The notes beneath the pieces were generated by a model. It saw only the letters and a list, made by a program, of their open reading frames with translations. It ran no database searches and was not told the DNA's origin. Below, in pieces: positions 26,290-40,700 of a DNA stretch of 64,000 bases. The DNA comes from Octopus sinensis (Eukaryota). Position 1 is the stretch's first letter. Every line of letters begins with the position of its first letter. The DNA lies in assembly GCF_006345805.1 (NCBI RefSeq), contig NC_042998.1, positions 189,658,001 through 189,722,000 of the forward strand, in the 5' to 3' direction. The translations under genes and the position numbers were made by a program.

Positions 26290-27229
26290 TTGCCTGTACG
26301 GCTAATAGTTCGCTTACCACTTGTGATGGTATTTTAATAATACCATCCCTATATATATTCAACTCGTTTGATTATTTTATTTTTGCTTATATATATATAT
26401 ATATATAGTATAATTAGCAATTTAATTACAGTTATGTAAAATAATGTGCTTCAATCTAAATATATTTTACTGCATAATTTTAGTTTTATTTTAGCTAGAT
26501 CCTAATTTGTGGTGAGTTTATTGATGTGGTTGATATTCTACATGTGTCAAGCTATAGTCCAAGCCGAACAGTCTTTATTTCAAATCTCAGTATAGTCTAC
26601 TTGGATCAAATGTTATTAAATTATATAACACGATATAGCCAAAATAACCGGAAGAACACAACGAAAAGATATAGAAATATATTTATAATTATTCGTATAA
26701 ATTTCTAATGATGATGAAATTCATAAATGTTTGAAGAATGTATGTATAGATGAATGGATTGGAAAATAAAAGAATATATCATCATTATCATCAATGTTGT
26801 GTGAGTATAAACTGACAGTTTTCATCAGGTATTTCTTCCTCAATTTGTAGAAAAGTGATTGGTTATTGATTTGTTGTTGATGATCCTGTCGGCTAAACAA
26901 GCAATCATTTCACTAATAACATTAATTGAAAAATTCAAATCAATAATGCCACTCAACAGAACTACCTTAAAATGCTCAAACCGTCTCTCATTAAAGAAAA
27001 ACAGATTGTAGTTAAAATATAAGATAAGGGAAAACAAAGGAGATGTCAGTTTACCATTTAGAATTTTTATGGAAAAATAAAAAAAAATCTTTATTAAAAT
27101 CCTTGCTTTTTAATACTTATTTTTGATAAGATTTTAGTTGAATTAGAAGTGTTCAAAACAGCAGAAATGTTTTTAAGTTTGCGTGATTATAATTGCCAGA
27201 GAAGAAGAAGATTGATATAAGAAACTTAC

Positions 27230-27401
27230 CTGAAGAAATCATCTTTACAAAATACTTCATCATTTTTTGAAAAACACTTGTCTGTAAGTTGTGCGCGGCA
27301 ATCAGTACATTTCAAGCATTTCGAATGCCATGACCGGTCGAGTACTTTTAAAATAAATCTATCAAGAATCTGTTCACTGCAGCCTGCACATTTTGGGATT
27401 G
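27230..27401 (-). CDS. Lhx3: Lhx3/4-class LIM-homeobox gene, exon encoding LIM domain 1 (phase 1 start, phase 2 end); absent from the ORF track
   Basis: Acceptor tttttctttctcttAG (27403-27402) and donor AG|GTAAGT (27229-27228). Translates [56 protein letters not shown]. Its terminal AG joins the first A of the 5756 exon to give AGA (R), keeping the frame. Confidence 0.95.
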
Positions 27402-28224
27402 CTAAGAGAAAGAAAAATTATAAGGAATTGATCAGTAAAAGAAATACAGAATGATGAAGAAAAAATACAAAACAAAACAAAAACAAAACCAAAAAAAACA
27501 TACTAACAAAAAGCAACAAAAAGCAAACACAAATATATAAAAAAGAAATAAGCATCAGCAACAATAAGCACACGGTTTTTAGAATATCAAACGTAATTAT
27601 AAAAACGAAAATAGAGGAATTCGAAGTACCAAATGTTTTTAGCATATAAGGTGAAAGGGCAGGGATCATAGTAATTAATATAATGGGAATATAGGGATGA
27701 AAAGTGATTAGTTGCAGCAGTTACAGGAGGGTGAAATCTAAATCTTCTGAGAAGACAAATCCATTATCGTAATGGTAGAAGCAACAAGATGAAGCAATGA
27801 CTTGATAAAGAAAAGCCATAAACGTGAGTGCCAATCAAGCAGACGTTTTCCTTTCAAATGCGCTACAGAATATTGGTGACGAAGCACTTGATATATTAAG
27901 AGAACATTCATAAAGCAACCGAGTTCCTTTGCGGGGAAAGTTAGAAATGTATGAGAAGAGTAAGAGCGAATGAATTCGGCGAAGAAATGTGATATACGCG
28001 TTGTTATAAGTGGCGTATGTACAGGAAATCTTGTGTAAAGACTCGAGGAATAAAATGTCAGGTCCATTTACTGAATGTCCAATGTTCCGTAAATTATGAC
28101 TTCTAACATGGGTACAATTTTACAAATTTTCAGAGCGGAGGCAATTAGATTCATTTGGCCCCGAAAGGTTGAAAGAAAAAAACCCAATCCGCACAGAATT
28201 CGAACTCAAAACTTTCCTCATCTA

Positions 28225-28275
<51 letters not shown>

Positions 28276-28843
28276 CCTTTCTATTCCAGGACATAACCAG
28301 TACTAATTTTATCGACCCCAAAAGAATGAAAGGCAAAGCCGACCTCGGCGGAAATTGAGCTAAGAACGTAAAGACGAACAAAATGCTGCTATGTATTTCG
28401 TCCGACTCTCTAACGATTCTTCGAGACTGTAGGCAAAAGGTTAGTCGAAGGGAAGGGGCTAATCGATTACTTCGGCTTAACTGGTACTTATTTTATCGAC
28501 CCAAAGGCGAAAATCAACCTTGATAGAATTTGAAATTAGTAGTTGAAGAACCGAAACAAACTACAAGATGTTTTGCTCAGCACTTTTTAAAACCGCGGAG
28601 ATGGCATGGCAGAAAGGTCGAGCGTCTGACAATATTTACAGTATTTAGTTTTACTGATTTACACAAGACTTGATGTTGCACATTTGTAATTACCAGCTAT
28701 GCACTGGTTAAATTCCCATGACTACCTTTTATATATGTAACTTTACGCCAATGTAGAAAATCTAGGCAGCAATAATAATCTTCAAATTTATTAATTAAAA
28801 TGTTTTCTTCATAATCCATTCATTCCGACACGCGTTTCTGTTG

Positions 28844-30164
28844 GATAAGGGTCCCTGTGTCCTCTGATATAGCACAAATGTGCATTTAGTTGATTTATAT
28901 TACATCAATTGCAACACATTCAAATTTAAAGGTTAACAATCCTATGCTGCTTTATGTGAGATATTACTCATGTAGGTCGATGAAGCGAACTGAAGATTCA
29001 AGTTTAGCTAAAAGTTCGTAAAATATACTTTTGGGGAGAGAACATGAAATATCAGAGTAGAGGACATTGGAGTGGTGAAAATTGATACATTCGTAGTTCT
29101 GGTATCGTTTAAACTTGGAATGAGCACTTTAGACATTATGAGAATAAACTCTTGTGTTTATGACGAGGTAAACTTATGTGCTCTTCTATCTAAGTGATCT
29201 CAAATGAAAATACTTATTTGGAAAATATTTAATAAGTAACTTTTCTGTATGAATGTACACACTTTATCTCTAATTAATTTCCTCAGTTTAATACCTTGTA
29301 TTTAGATCCCATTTCCGACTCCTATTCGTATATGGTGATGCACTACCAATAATTGACCATTTAATGTCGTATTTAGTGTCCCTTTCGTTCATTTTCTCTG
29401 TTTTTGAAAGAAGAAAGATGGTTATGTCATCTTTATTTAAAATCTGTAGAACATGAACCTATGTAAAGTCCAATACTTATAAATTTAACTAATATAAATT
29501 TTATCTAATTTACATTAGTCTACAATTCCAACAGCCTGGATAACCTCACATTAGTATTGTTTTCTTCTACTAAACGAAAAATAATGTTAGAGTTTTACTT
29601 TATTTTATTCAAATCAGTTAATATTGGACTCCTAATATTAAAAAAATATAGAATTTTGTTGCTATAGACAAGTTAAATTACCGAAGTGAAGCAATATTAA
29701 TATATTTTTCTGTTTCGTTTTCCTTTAATTCTACCCATTTACCTTTTATTTATATTACATCTTTAATACGAGCAATCAGTTGTGTGACTATTACATCTTT
29801 AATACGAGCAATCAGTTGTGTGACTATATCATGACCTACTTAAGACACCCTTTACAAGTGCAATAAACTAATCTATTCCCTTAATGTCTAAAAATGTCCT
29901 TCTAAGTTTAAAGGATATCAGAACTATGGATATATCAAATTTCACCATCTTCAAGGCCCTTTACTTCGATATTTCATGTTTCCTCATCAAAAGTATACTT
30001 TAAGAACGCATATTTAATACTCGGATCTTCAGTTCGCTTCACGCACCTGTATGGGTAACACTTCAAATAAAGCTGCATAGGATTGTCAACCTTTAGATAT
30101 GAATGCGTTGCAATTGATTTAAATGCATATTTGTGCTATATCAAAGGACACAAGGACCCTTATC
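28844..30164. mobile_element. 1.32-kb element with long diverged terminal inverted repeats of about 300 bp (foldback-type DNA element)
   Basis: Arms 28844-29146 and 29874-30164 align inverted along their length. Examples are GATAAGGGTCCCTGTGTCCTCTGATATAGCACAAAT versus GATAAGGGTCCTTGTGTCCTTTGATATAGCACAAAT, and a perfect TGAAGCGAACTGAAGAT. Confidence 0.8.
29753..29827. repeat. Perfect 36-bp tandem duplication
   Basis: TATTACATCTTTAATACGAGCAATCAGTTGTGTGAC occurs twice in tandem, followed by TAT. Confidence 0.95.
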
Positions 30165-30905
30165 GGAAGCACTTTTCCGAATAGGAAGAAAATACTTTAA
30201 GTTTTAAAGATGTAAAGTATTCCATTCTTCTTTATTGTGTCTTGATTATATACTCTGAATGACATATGAAATCCAATGAAGTGAACTCTGGGAAAAAATA
30301 TAGTTTAATTGCTTATTTTAAACGATTTTGAATGTCCCTCATCATTTGATGTGGTTAGTCAGATTTGGATTGCATCAGATTGCTTATATGGTACCCGTCC
30401 CGATTTAAATCTCTATTTCTTTACGATACACACACACACACATACCAAAATAAGAATTTCTATAGACACATATGGGTTACGACATATACACGCATGCGCA
30501 CAAACATATGTATTAATCACTTGAAGACTAGGACCGAGAAACTGCGAGTAACGACTCATAAAAGCTGTGAATAAAGAATGCTATTCCCATATATCTAAGA
30601 GTATTCGACTTCACATAAGTGTGAAACCACTACACGCTACATACATATATCCCACCATATATCTTATATCTTATATCCTATATACTTATGCATATATCTT
30701 ATATGCATAAGTGTATGTATGCACTTCGCTTTTGGATTTGGTTTGCAAGATTCTTTATATGCGTTCGTGTGTTGGAGCATATTGTGTTGTGTCTGGGGAG
30801 AGTCATTCTCTTTTAGTGCCTTATAATTTAACTCAGAAATTTTATCGGTGAGTGTGTTAAATTGTAAGGCGCTAAAAGAGAATGACTCTCCCCTGACACA
30901 ACAGA

Positions 30906-30947
<42 letters not shown>

Positions 30948-31596
30948 TATATATATATCCTTATGTATATGTACACATATATGTATACACATTCACACAT
31001 ATAAGTATGTATCTATGCATGCATGTATGTATGTATATTTCCATTTTGTTTTAGATAAAATAAGTACCAGTCAAGCACTGAGGATGATTAAATTGAATAT
31101 AGTAAGTACATACAGGAAAACATGCTGGGTATTTGCCATTTATTGTGAAGAGTATTGAAAAAATTGCCGGTTATTATTTGAGCACTACACTTACTTAGTT
31201 GAAGTGCTAAAGCACGAAACGGCAGATTTTTCCACACCCCACAGAAAACAAATTTATTGGCACTCAACAAACTTCCTACTATCTCTGTTGGTGCCGGTCC
31301 CTCTCTAGTTTCTCCGGATTCCAGAATTTATCCATATTTGATTACACACACTCTACACAACCGTCAAAATTTATGGCCTCGTTTCTAGATAGAAATAATT
31401 ATTATCAAAATTAGGTATGTGTATCGGAATGGGTAGATCGCCAAATGAAATGCCTTGCGGTATTTAGCTCGTAGTTCAAATCCCGCCAAAGTCAACACAG
31501 ACTTTCGTTCTTACATAGTCAAATAATGAGGTCGATTAGGTCGACTACACTTCTTCTCCAAAGTGTGTGGCCTTGTGCCAATGTTAGAAACCATTG

Positions 31597-31647
<51 letters not shown>

Positions 31648-32011
31648 GTACACACTATACATTGATTTATTGTTTTTCTCATCTGAATGTCCCGCTACTC
31701 TTGGTGCTGCATCTATCTGTTCTTTTTCTGGCAAAGCGCCGACATTCTTATTCTATTCTTCATTAAGTTGGCTTCATCCACTTTGAATTTTCTCGGGTCT
31801 ATATTCCAAACCTTTTATTTGACATCTAAATGTACAAAGCCAATTTTCTAAAAAAAAAAGGGAATTGGTTAGGCGGTTTGACTTGGTACTGGTATATTAC
31901 TGGTTTTATTGATTTCATCACCCTTTAAAGATGAAAAACTCAGTTTGCCCTGGTAGGATTTGAACTATGAGTATTTTCAACAAATTCCAAATACCTCGAT
32001 GCGTTGCGTTC

Positions 32012-32165
32012 TTGAGCAAAACACTTCATTTCAAGCTGCTCCAGTTCACTCAGCTGGCAAAATGAGTAACCCTGCGACGAATCGGAGTCCCGTCCAAGGG
32101 AGAGTATAAACACCACATAACTGGGGAAAACGGCCCTATGAGCTTATGGCTCGGGAAGGACCTTT
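32012..32165 (+). mobile_element. Diverged SINE, family D
   Basis: GAGCAAAACACTTCATTTCAAGCTGCTCCAGTTCACTCAGCTGGCAAAATGAGTAA is matched in reverse by 51270-51330. Confidence 0.65.
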
Positions 32166-33052
32166 GATCCTTTTGGTAGTAGATTATATCTACCACCTAT
32201 TTTATCGATCTTAGGAAGATATAACTTAGAACATTAAAGTACTAATTATTGGTGGACGACATTTTGTCTATTACTTCAGCGTCGTTTAATATTGATTTAT
32301 AACATTGTCACATATTAGTATTAGGGTGTGTTTTTTCAAGACGACAGAATGTGATTTGAAAGTTATGTGGCTGCTATTTCAAGCAACTGATATATCTTTT
32401 ACCGGTTCCCGCTTTGGATTGTAAAAATGAAAGCATATAATGAAAACTAATCTTTCATAAACTCGCCAAATTCTTGCATAAAACCCCTATGTATTTGTGA
32501 GGTGTACTCTACCTGTTTTGCCAACTACAGCTATTTTAGTTGTTTCATATCAACATTACTTATTTAATATTAACATTTTGGAACAATATTCGTTTTTAAA
32601 GGATAAATGTAAAAAAGAAGAGAACTCAGCATGAAATTTGGCAACATATGGTGACATTTGAAGAAAACAATGCGCGAGATATAAAATATTTAAAATAATA
32701 TTCGGAACAAAATATAACGAAGCAATATCATCACGAGAAGTAGAAGCAGAGGGTGCAAGGCCAACATTTTGCAAATAAAGTAAAAACATTATTAGGAGAA
32801 GCAACAATAAATAAATAAATAAAAAAAAAATAAATAAGGCCACTGAAAAAATGAGCTGCATAATGATGTTTGATATTGTTTTAGTTGTTTTGGTCTGGTT
32901 TAGTCTCGATCAAACATAACTATGATGCGGAATGCGTTCCAACTGTGGCAGTCCCATTATATACAGATATAATAATAAATAAATAAATATATTTACATAA
33001 TACATACATACATAGACACATACGTAGACACATACATACATACATACATACA

Positions 33053-33087
<35 letters not shown>

Positions 33088-33188
33088 TTGTATGTATGTA
33101 TGTATGTATGTATGTATTATGTATGTATGTATGTATGTATGTATGCATGCATGCATGTATGTATGTATGTATGTATGTATATATATAT

Positions 33189-33244
<56 letters not shown>

Positions 33245-33249
33245 ATATA

Positions 33250-33379
33250 CAGTGCCGGATTTAGGACAAATGAGGTCCTGTGCTAGTAAAGTTATGAGGC
33301 CCCTTACTTGGACGCAGGAGGATGATAAACGGGGCCCTATGCTTGGGCAAATCTAAATAGAATGATAAATCCGGCTCTG
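33250..33379. mobile_element. 130-bp MITE with 14-bp TIRs, inserted at TA
   Basis: CAGTGCCGGATTTA (33250-33263) and TAAATCCGGCTCTG (33366-33379) differ by one mismatch, with TA on both sides inside a (TA)n tract. Confidence 0.8.
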
Positions 33380-33427
<48 letters not shown>

Positions 33428-33937
33428 ATTGTGCGTGTAAAATGTTTATCTACTATTATGCGTCTGTAGAAAATTTTACTCTACAGTGAATCTCTTGGAT
33501 ACGTGAAAGTCATCAAAAGTCATATACTGAGAGTCTGTTTTAGCATTGCTCCTAGCATGAAGAGAAACGTAAGTTGGCCTAAACCTAGAACGGAGTCTGG
33601 CTGCTCATGCAGAGGTAATTTCACATGCTCATTAGGCAGCCAATGCAATACAGAAGCCACTTTGTATGAGGCGTAGGTGGTGTCGAAGGATCCTAGAAAG
33701 CAACGAACCCATGGAAACATGTGGGTGCAAGAGAAGGTCTCTTTAGGACTAGATTCAATAGCCACAATCTTCGTTTAACATTCAATTCTACTTGTAATAT
33801 AAAGGTCCAGCTTTGATACGCAATGTCATGCTTAATTTAATAGTGATTTACGTTAAGAGTATACAGGTACTTCGCATGCCAGTACACTAAGTAAATCGTC
33901 TAGTGCACACATACGTCGAAATCGACCGGATGGTTAA

Positions 33938-33969
<32 letters not shown>

Positions 33970-35302
33970 CACACACACACACACAAAGCACACACACATG
34001 TTTACATGTTCTTTTTAAATCCAATATTTTGCACGCTATTATTTATAGCCTTATAAGGCGGTGAACTGACACAGTCGTTTATACGGCGGACAAAATCCTT
34101 AGCGGTATTTCGTCTGGTATTTCGTCTGAGGACGACTTTATCTTTCATCTTTTCGGGATGGATAAAATAAGTACCAGTTAAACAATGGGGGCGATGTAAT
34201 CGACTAGCCTCATCCCCTAAATTTCAGGCCTTGTGCCTATCATTGACAGATTATTTATAGCTTTACCAATTTTCTTCATCTCGCGAAGTTTCTAAAGTCC
34301 TATGTGTACACACACACACATACGCACACACACGCACGCAATCGCACACACACGTACACACACATATATATACACAGACGCCAGCACACACATAATGTTT
34401 GCACAACAAAGTATACTTTTATAAACATTTCTTCCCTCTTACCCTTTTAAGATATTTAAAAAAAATTATTTTAATGTGTCCTACTTGTTAAAATTCCATT
34501 TATTTATTTGTGCAGCCGAAGATGGCATTGCATTTAAACAGATGTATTGATTGCATTGTTCAATTAAATGAAGCCACTTGAAACGATATCCTGTGGTTTA
34601 TTTTGATTGCATACACACACACACATACACACACGCACGCACACACACACACATATATATATATACATACATATAAGTAGACATATGTATATAAATGTGT
34701 GCGCGTGATTGTATATACATGTATGCAAATATGCTGCATATATATGCGAATATAACTATTTCTAGATTGGAGGATTTTGAGCATATATAATATTTTTAAA
34801 CGAGGAAATAATATTCAACATTTCCTCTTGTACAAACTAACTGAACCAGAGTTCGGTCGGCCTCTTTTCAATGAATTAACTGAGCCACACATAAATGAAG
34901 GTAGTTTATCTTATTGTCGGTGTGTACAGCGATTCGGACACAAAAGGAAAATTATGGAAATTCGCCTCTAAGCGACCAGAATTTTTTCATCGCTTATTTT
35001 TACTTTTTGTGTACTGGGAATGTTTTTGCCTTTTTGAATTAATTTGACTGTAAACTACTGGGATTACAGTAGTATGACCCGTCTATCGATTTTCCGTTTG
35101 AAAGACAGAAAAAAAAATCCAAATCGTAAAAGGAAGTCAGTAATTCACTTATTTTGTCGAACTTGAAATATGAAATTTAAGTAATCCATTGTGACCCTTC
35201 GTGAACAAGAATAAATTATTGTGCATGCATTTGACTTCCATATTTCATTTAATATCATTTATCTTTACCTTTAAATATATATATATATATATATACAAAC
35301 AC

Positions 35303-35344
<42 letters not shown>

Positions 35345-35440
35345 ATATATATATATATACACATATATATACATATATATATATATACATACAATTATAT
35401 ATATACATATATATATACATATATATCTACATATATATAT

Positions 35441-35520
<80 letters not shown>

Positions 35521-36920
35521 ATATATATATTCATATATGTATGTCATTTATAAAGCTTGGAACACGTGTACCGCGATATCCTTTGTGTTCTGTTTTTGAT
35601 TTTATTTGATATATACATACATATATATATACATATATATATATACACACACACATACACACACACGCACATATAGCTCGAAGGCCATGAGTGATTGAAT
35701 CTGAAATTTGTGATATTTATGTACGTCTATTTACATTGTACGCTTAAGTTCCGCCGAGAAAGAATTTAGCTTTCGTCCTCTTGAGGTAGATAAAATAAGT
35801 ACCAGTCAGGCATTGGACGCCATCTTAATCGACTAAACCAGTCTCCTATTTGTGGCTTCTTTTCAATGTTAGATAGAAATAATTATTAAATATATTTCGA
35901 TTCGTTTATTTTTCTTTCAACTCAGTATATAAAAAACAACAAACACACTCTCTAGCTTTACAGAGAAGAATATAAATCCAAGAATATGGCATTAGGAGAA
36001 TAAAGCGATTGATATAAGGGATGGTAGTCAGGCCGAAATAATTTGACTGGAAATATTGCCATCTTGCTCTATGAGGACAGTCTTTTTCTTGCGTAAAATT
36101 AATTCCTTTCTACATTTTTTGTCATTGTGTACGCTTATGTTTTGAGATTTAAGATAGACATCCTTTAGCAAGAAAGCTATAAATCCATGGTGAAAGAACA
36201 TTTAAGAAACCTTGTCGGTGGATTTCGGAAAATGAAATGAGAATGCTGTTTAGCTTGAATAATATGAGACGAATATCTTAAATTCTTACGGTGAATAGAG
36301 AACCAGGGTTGATGCTTAATGCTTATATGATTTCAAATCCTGCTGAAATCCAGCTTCATATTCATATTTCGTATCAGCACTGATATATGGTTTGAAATTA
36401 CTAAAAGCATTGTGACAGAGTCAGTATAATACAATAAAAATATCTTGCATTATTTAGTTAACTCTCATTTCTCCACCGAGATCACATCTCCTCAATTTCA
36501 AATGATTCTGGAGTGGTTAAATTGAATACCAGTTATAAACTCGTGCCTGCTCATTCATGGTATCATTCTTTCATAAATTTGGTGCTTTCTGATAACGTAA
36601 GGGTTAATTTGATTGACAGTGCTAGAATTTAACGTTTTCAGGTTCTATACGTCGATACATCTTGTTACAGTCAAGTACCCTCAGATTATGCGTATATGTT
36701 ACAAACACACATGTACAAACACGAACATGGTAGCTTCAACTTTGCTGATGATATGTACATGCATGTATGTATGTATGTATATATGTATGTATGTATGCAT
36801 GTATGTATGTATGTATATATATGTACATATATATATATACATACATATATATATATATGTATATATATATGTGTATATATATATATATATATACATATAC
36901 ACCACACCACACACACACAC

Positions 36921-36967
<47 letters not shown>

Positions 36968-37834
36968 CATGCATATATATATACACATTTATGCATACAT
37001 CTATATATACAGTACACATACACAAAACATCCACGTATGGACATATACATAAACGCATATAGATATTAAAATATACATAGATGCATACTTGCTTTCATAC
37101 GCACTCAAACAGACACCGCATATACACACGTCACTTGTTCTTAATTTTCTTTTCATTTCGTGACGAACCGGATATCAAATAAAAAAAAAATTATTGGCGC
37201 ACTTAGTATGGAAAAATAAAAATTGAAGCTATTTTAAAGTCATCAATTTAGAAAAAAAAAAATTAAGAAATTTTTGTCTTTAGTGTATTCTAAACATACC
37301 TTTGTAAAAAAGAAATGTTTAACACGCTTTTATGAAAACACTGAAGCATTAGTTTGGATTTTCTAAAGCCTTAAATTATAGTTTCAGTAATCAGGCATGC
37401 ACTTAAACACACCTTGCGGCGCAAAGTTTGGAAATTATTTATTTGTATATATATATATATATATATAACATAAATACGTACGCAAGTACACACACACACA
37501 CACGCACACACGCGCACATGCGCACATAACCACGCACATCCATAGGTTATTTAAATATAAAAAATATTGGTTGACATTTGTTATGAATTTGTCAAAAGCG
37601 ATACATACATGCATACATACATACATGCATACATACATAAAGGCATACATACATACATGCATACATACATACATACAAATATATATATGCATGTATATTA
37701 TATATGTATAAAATATAGATATATTTAAATGTATTCATATATGTATGTATATATATATATGCAAATAATATATAGATATATAGATAGACATAGATTGACA
37801 GATATAGATATAATATAATATATAAGATATCGAT

Positions 37835-37881
<47 letters not shown>

Positions 37882-38689
37882 TAGATATATATATATATAT
37901 ACATATATACACACTACATATATCTAATCTTCTATATATATACTATATACATACATACACACACACACATATATATATATACATACATATATCTACAAAT
38001 ACACATATACTTATTTTTACGAAGTTGATCCAACGTAACTGTAGCTATCAATAATAGGTTGTAATATATGTGAAAAACCCTTGAAATTTTCCTCATATTA
38101 GTAGCTATTGTTCATATACATTTACGTTTGAACAATTTCGTAAAAAGACTAATGCTATAAATTTCTCAATTATTCAAAATACGATCTAAATGCACACACA
38201 CACACACATGTGCGAGCGTACACACACATATATGTTTATCTATATATAATATATATGCATGTGTTTGTATATAAATATATTTACATATATCTGTTCGTGC
38301 ACTCACACACATATTAACTGTACATTATTATCTTGTTATAGCGATGGGTTACATCTGTTGATTTTTTCTTTCCCTGTTATATTGAAAGGAGAAAGTAGTG
38401 GCCATGTTGAGTATGTTGAAAGAGAGGGAAACAATGCGCTTTACACAGTGATAGATTAGATTGATTGATACATAAAAACGCATGTAAGACGGGGAGAGAA
38501 AGAAAAAAAGAGAAAAAAAGAAAGAGGAGACAAAGAGAGAAAGAGATAGAGAGAGCGAGAGAAAGAGAGAGAGGGGGAGAGAGACTCAACAGTTACTAAA
38601 TAGTCAAGCAAGCAGACAGCTAAATAACGAGAGGAATGGAAGAAAGACAGAACTCTAGATGTAATGTAGTGAAATGACAGAGGTATAGA

Positions 38690-39764
38690 GACATCGTTGG
38701 GCAATCTGAGGTCTTAACCAGCGAACAATTGCCGAAAATCTTCAAATTCCCCTTGCTACTGCTGATAGAATTATAGTGCAATTCAAAAGCCAAAGAAAAG
38801 AATCAACAGATTCTCGTCCCGGCCGACCTGGGCCCTCGGAAAGGAAGCTTCGCTGTTTGAAGAGAATTGTGGAAAACGAACCCCATTCGAAGGCTTTTGA
38901 CATTGCAAAACAGCTAGAAGTTAGTCCAAGCACGTGTGTAACGTATCTGCATAAGCTTGGGTATTATGGGCGAGCAGCTAGAAGAAAACCTCTCCTTCAA
39001 CCAATTAATATCATGAAAAGAAAGAAATGGGCTAAGGAGATGTCAGAAAACTCCAGTTCATTTTGGGATAGAATGATGAATCCAGGTTTGCATTATTTTC
39101 AGACAGTGGACGTGTTTGGGCCTGGAGGCTTCCCAATCAAGGATTTGATTTGAAACGACTCCAGCCATCGGTGAAACACGGTGATATTTCTGTAATGGTA
39201 TGGGGAGCTTTCACCAGCAATGGTCGTTCTGAGCTGATCGAATGCGTTGGAACCATAAACTCTGAAAAATACATCGAAATACTTAAGCAAGGACTACTTC
39301 CGATGCATTCACACGATAAGATAACGAAGAATGAGTTTTTATTTATTATTCGATGAGTGCAATGCCACACAGCGAAAAGGAATCAAAGGAATCAACAATG
39401 GCTGACTGAATATGAGATCAAAAAGCTTCCTTAGCCGAGCCAATCTCCTGACATGAACCCAATTGAAAATCTTTGGAGCATACTAGATAGAGCTATACGA
39501 AAAACTCGACAGAAACTTAAATCTAAAGATGAATTGTTTCGATTGCTGTTTGAAAAGTGGGCAGAAATTCCACAAGATACAACCACAAAGCTCATCAGTT
39601 CAATGCCAAAAAGAGTTTCTTAATTAAAAACTGTAAAGGAAATGACAACTTAATACTAATAATACTATAAGTCCTACCTATCGATTACATTTCAATTGTT
39701 CGCTTTGCATATTAAATAAAAGATTTTGAAATTTAAACGTGTCTATTTACTTCCTGTATGTCTG
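38690..39764 (+). pseudogene. Tc1-family (DD34E-type) transposase pseudogene with 3' end; 5' TIR not found
   Basis: Pieces across frames are [22 protein letters not shown] (HTH), [51 protein letters not shown] and PSQSPDMNPIENLWSIL..W.EIP..LISSMPKRV, with frameshifts and stops. The element ends ..CTG|TA at 39764. Confidence 0.9.
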
Positions 39765-39783
39765 TATATACACACACATACAT

Positions 39784-39947
39784 AGGCGCAGGTGTGGCTG
39801 TGTGGTAAATAGCTTGCTTGCCAACCTCATGGTCCCGGGTTCAGTCCCACTGCGTGGCACCTTGGGCAAGTGTCTTCTACTATAGCATCGGGCCGACCAA
39901 TGCATTGTGAGTGGATTTGGTAGACAGAATTTGAAAGAAGCACGTCG
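39784..39947 (+). mobile_element. SINE family B, running into the gap
   Basis: Family B head and body sequence as at 20226. Confidence 0.85.
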
Positions 39948-39979
39948 TATATATATATGTATGTGTGTAAATGTTTGTG

Positions 39980-40079
39980 NNNNNNNNNNNNNNNNNNNNN
40001 NNNNNNNNNNNNNNNNNNNNNNNNNNNNNNNNNNNNNNNNNNNNNNNNNNNNNNNNNNNNNNNNNNNNNNNNNNNNNNN
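39980..40079. other. Assembly gap (100 N)
   Basis: Run of 100 N; the true size is unknown. Confidence 0.99.
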
Positions 40080-40449
40080 ATTAACAGAGCTCGCTGATCA
40101 TCTCATCTCATGGCAAGGTTAAAGAGCTGTGTAACTTGTTTACAACTTAGGGATTCAAGTGACAAGCTTAGCTCTACAGTCTGTTGATTCACTATATTAG
40201 GATTATGTTCCTTATCAGAGGGGAAAAAATAGTCGTACTATTAGTAACAGTTGTTGTTGTGGCTTAACTCTTGGTCAATTCCGATCAATCAGATTTTTGA
40301 TAAAAGATGTTGAAGCAGTGTTCATCCTGACATCTTTAAAAAATGTAATGTATTCGGTTGGATACATTAACTTGTAAAATATTGGGGGTGATTTGAGATA
40401 AATTTAGCTGTTAAATGAGCCACCGTAATAGAGGCTCCTTATTTGGTAC

Positions 40450-40700
40450 AAAAACTCGTAGAGAAACTCTAAAAGCAAACTCCAAGAAAACCCAAAATAG
40501 GTCCTAATGTAAATGCTACTTAACAACGTAGAAGCATGAAAATCTCTACTGGACACTCGATCTGTTAGAAATAGCATCCAAGTCTCCATAGAATCATACC
40601 TTACCGTCTTAAAAGAGAAGGGCACTGTAAACAACGTATTCCTAGAAATTCTCCAAAAGACGACAAAGACACGGCTAGGTGCCTTTAAGACTATTGAATA
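40450..40700 (+). mobile_element. Possible decayed PLE pre-RT fragment
   Basis: IQVSIESYLTVLKEKGTVNNVFLEILQKTTKTRLG weakly resembles the PLE region preceding the YGLPKIHK motif. Confidence 0.3.

Noticed and set aside
31195-31330. Alternative phase-1 exon ..LPFRALALQL|GTAAGT for Lhx3/4
   Set aside because: There is no in-frame ATG and no convincing acceptor.
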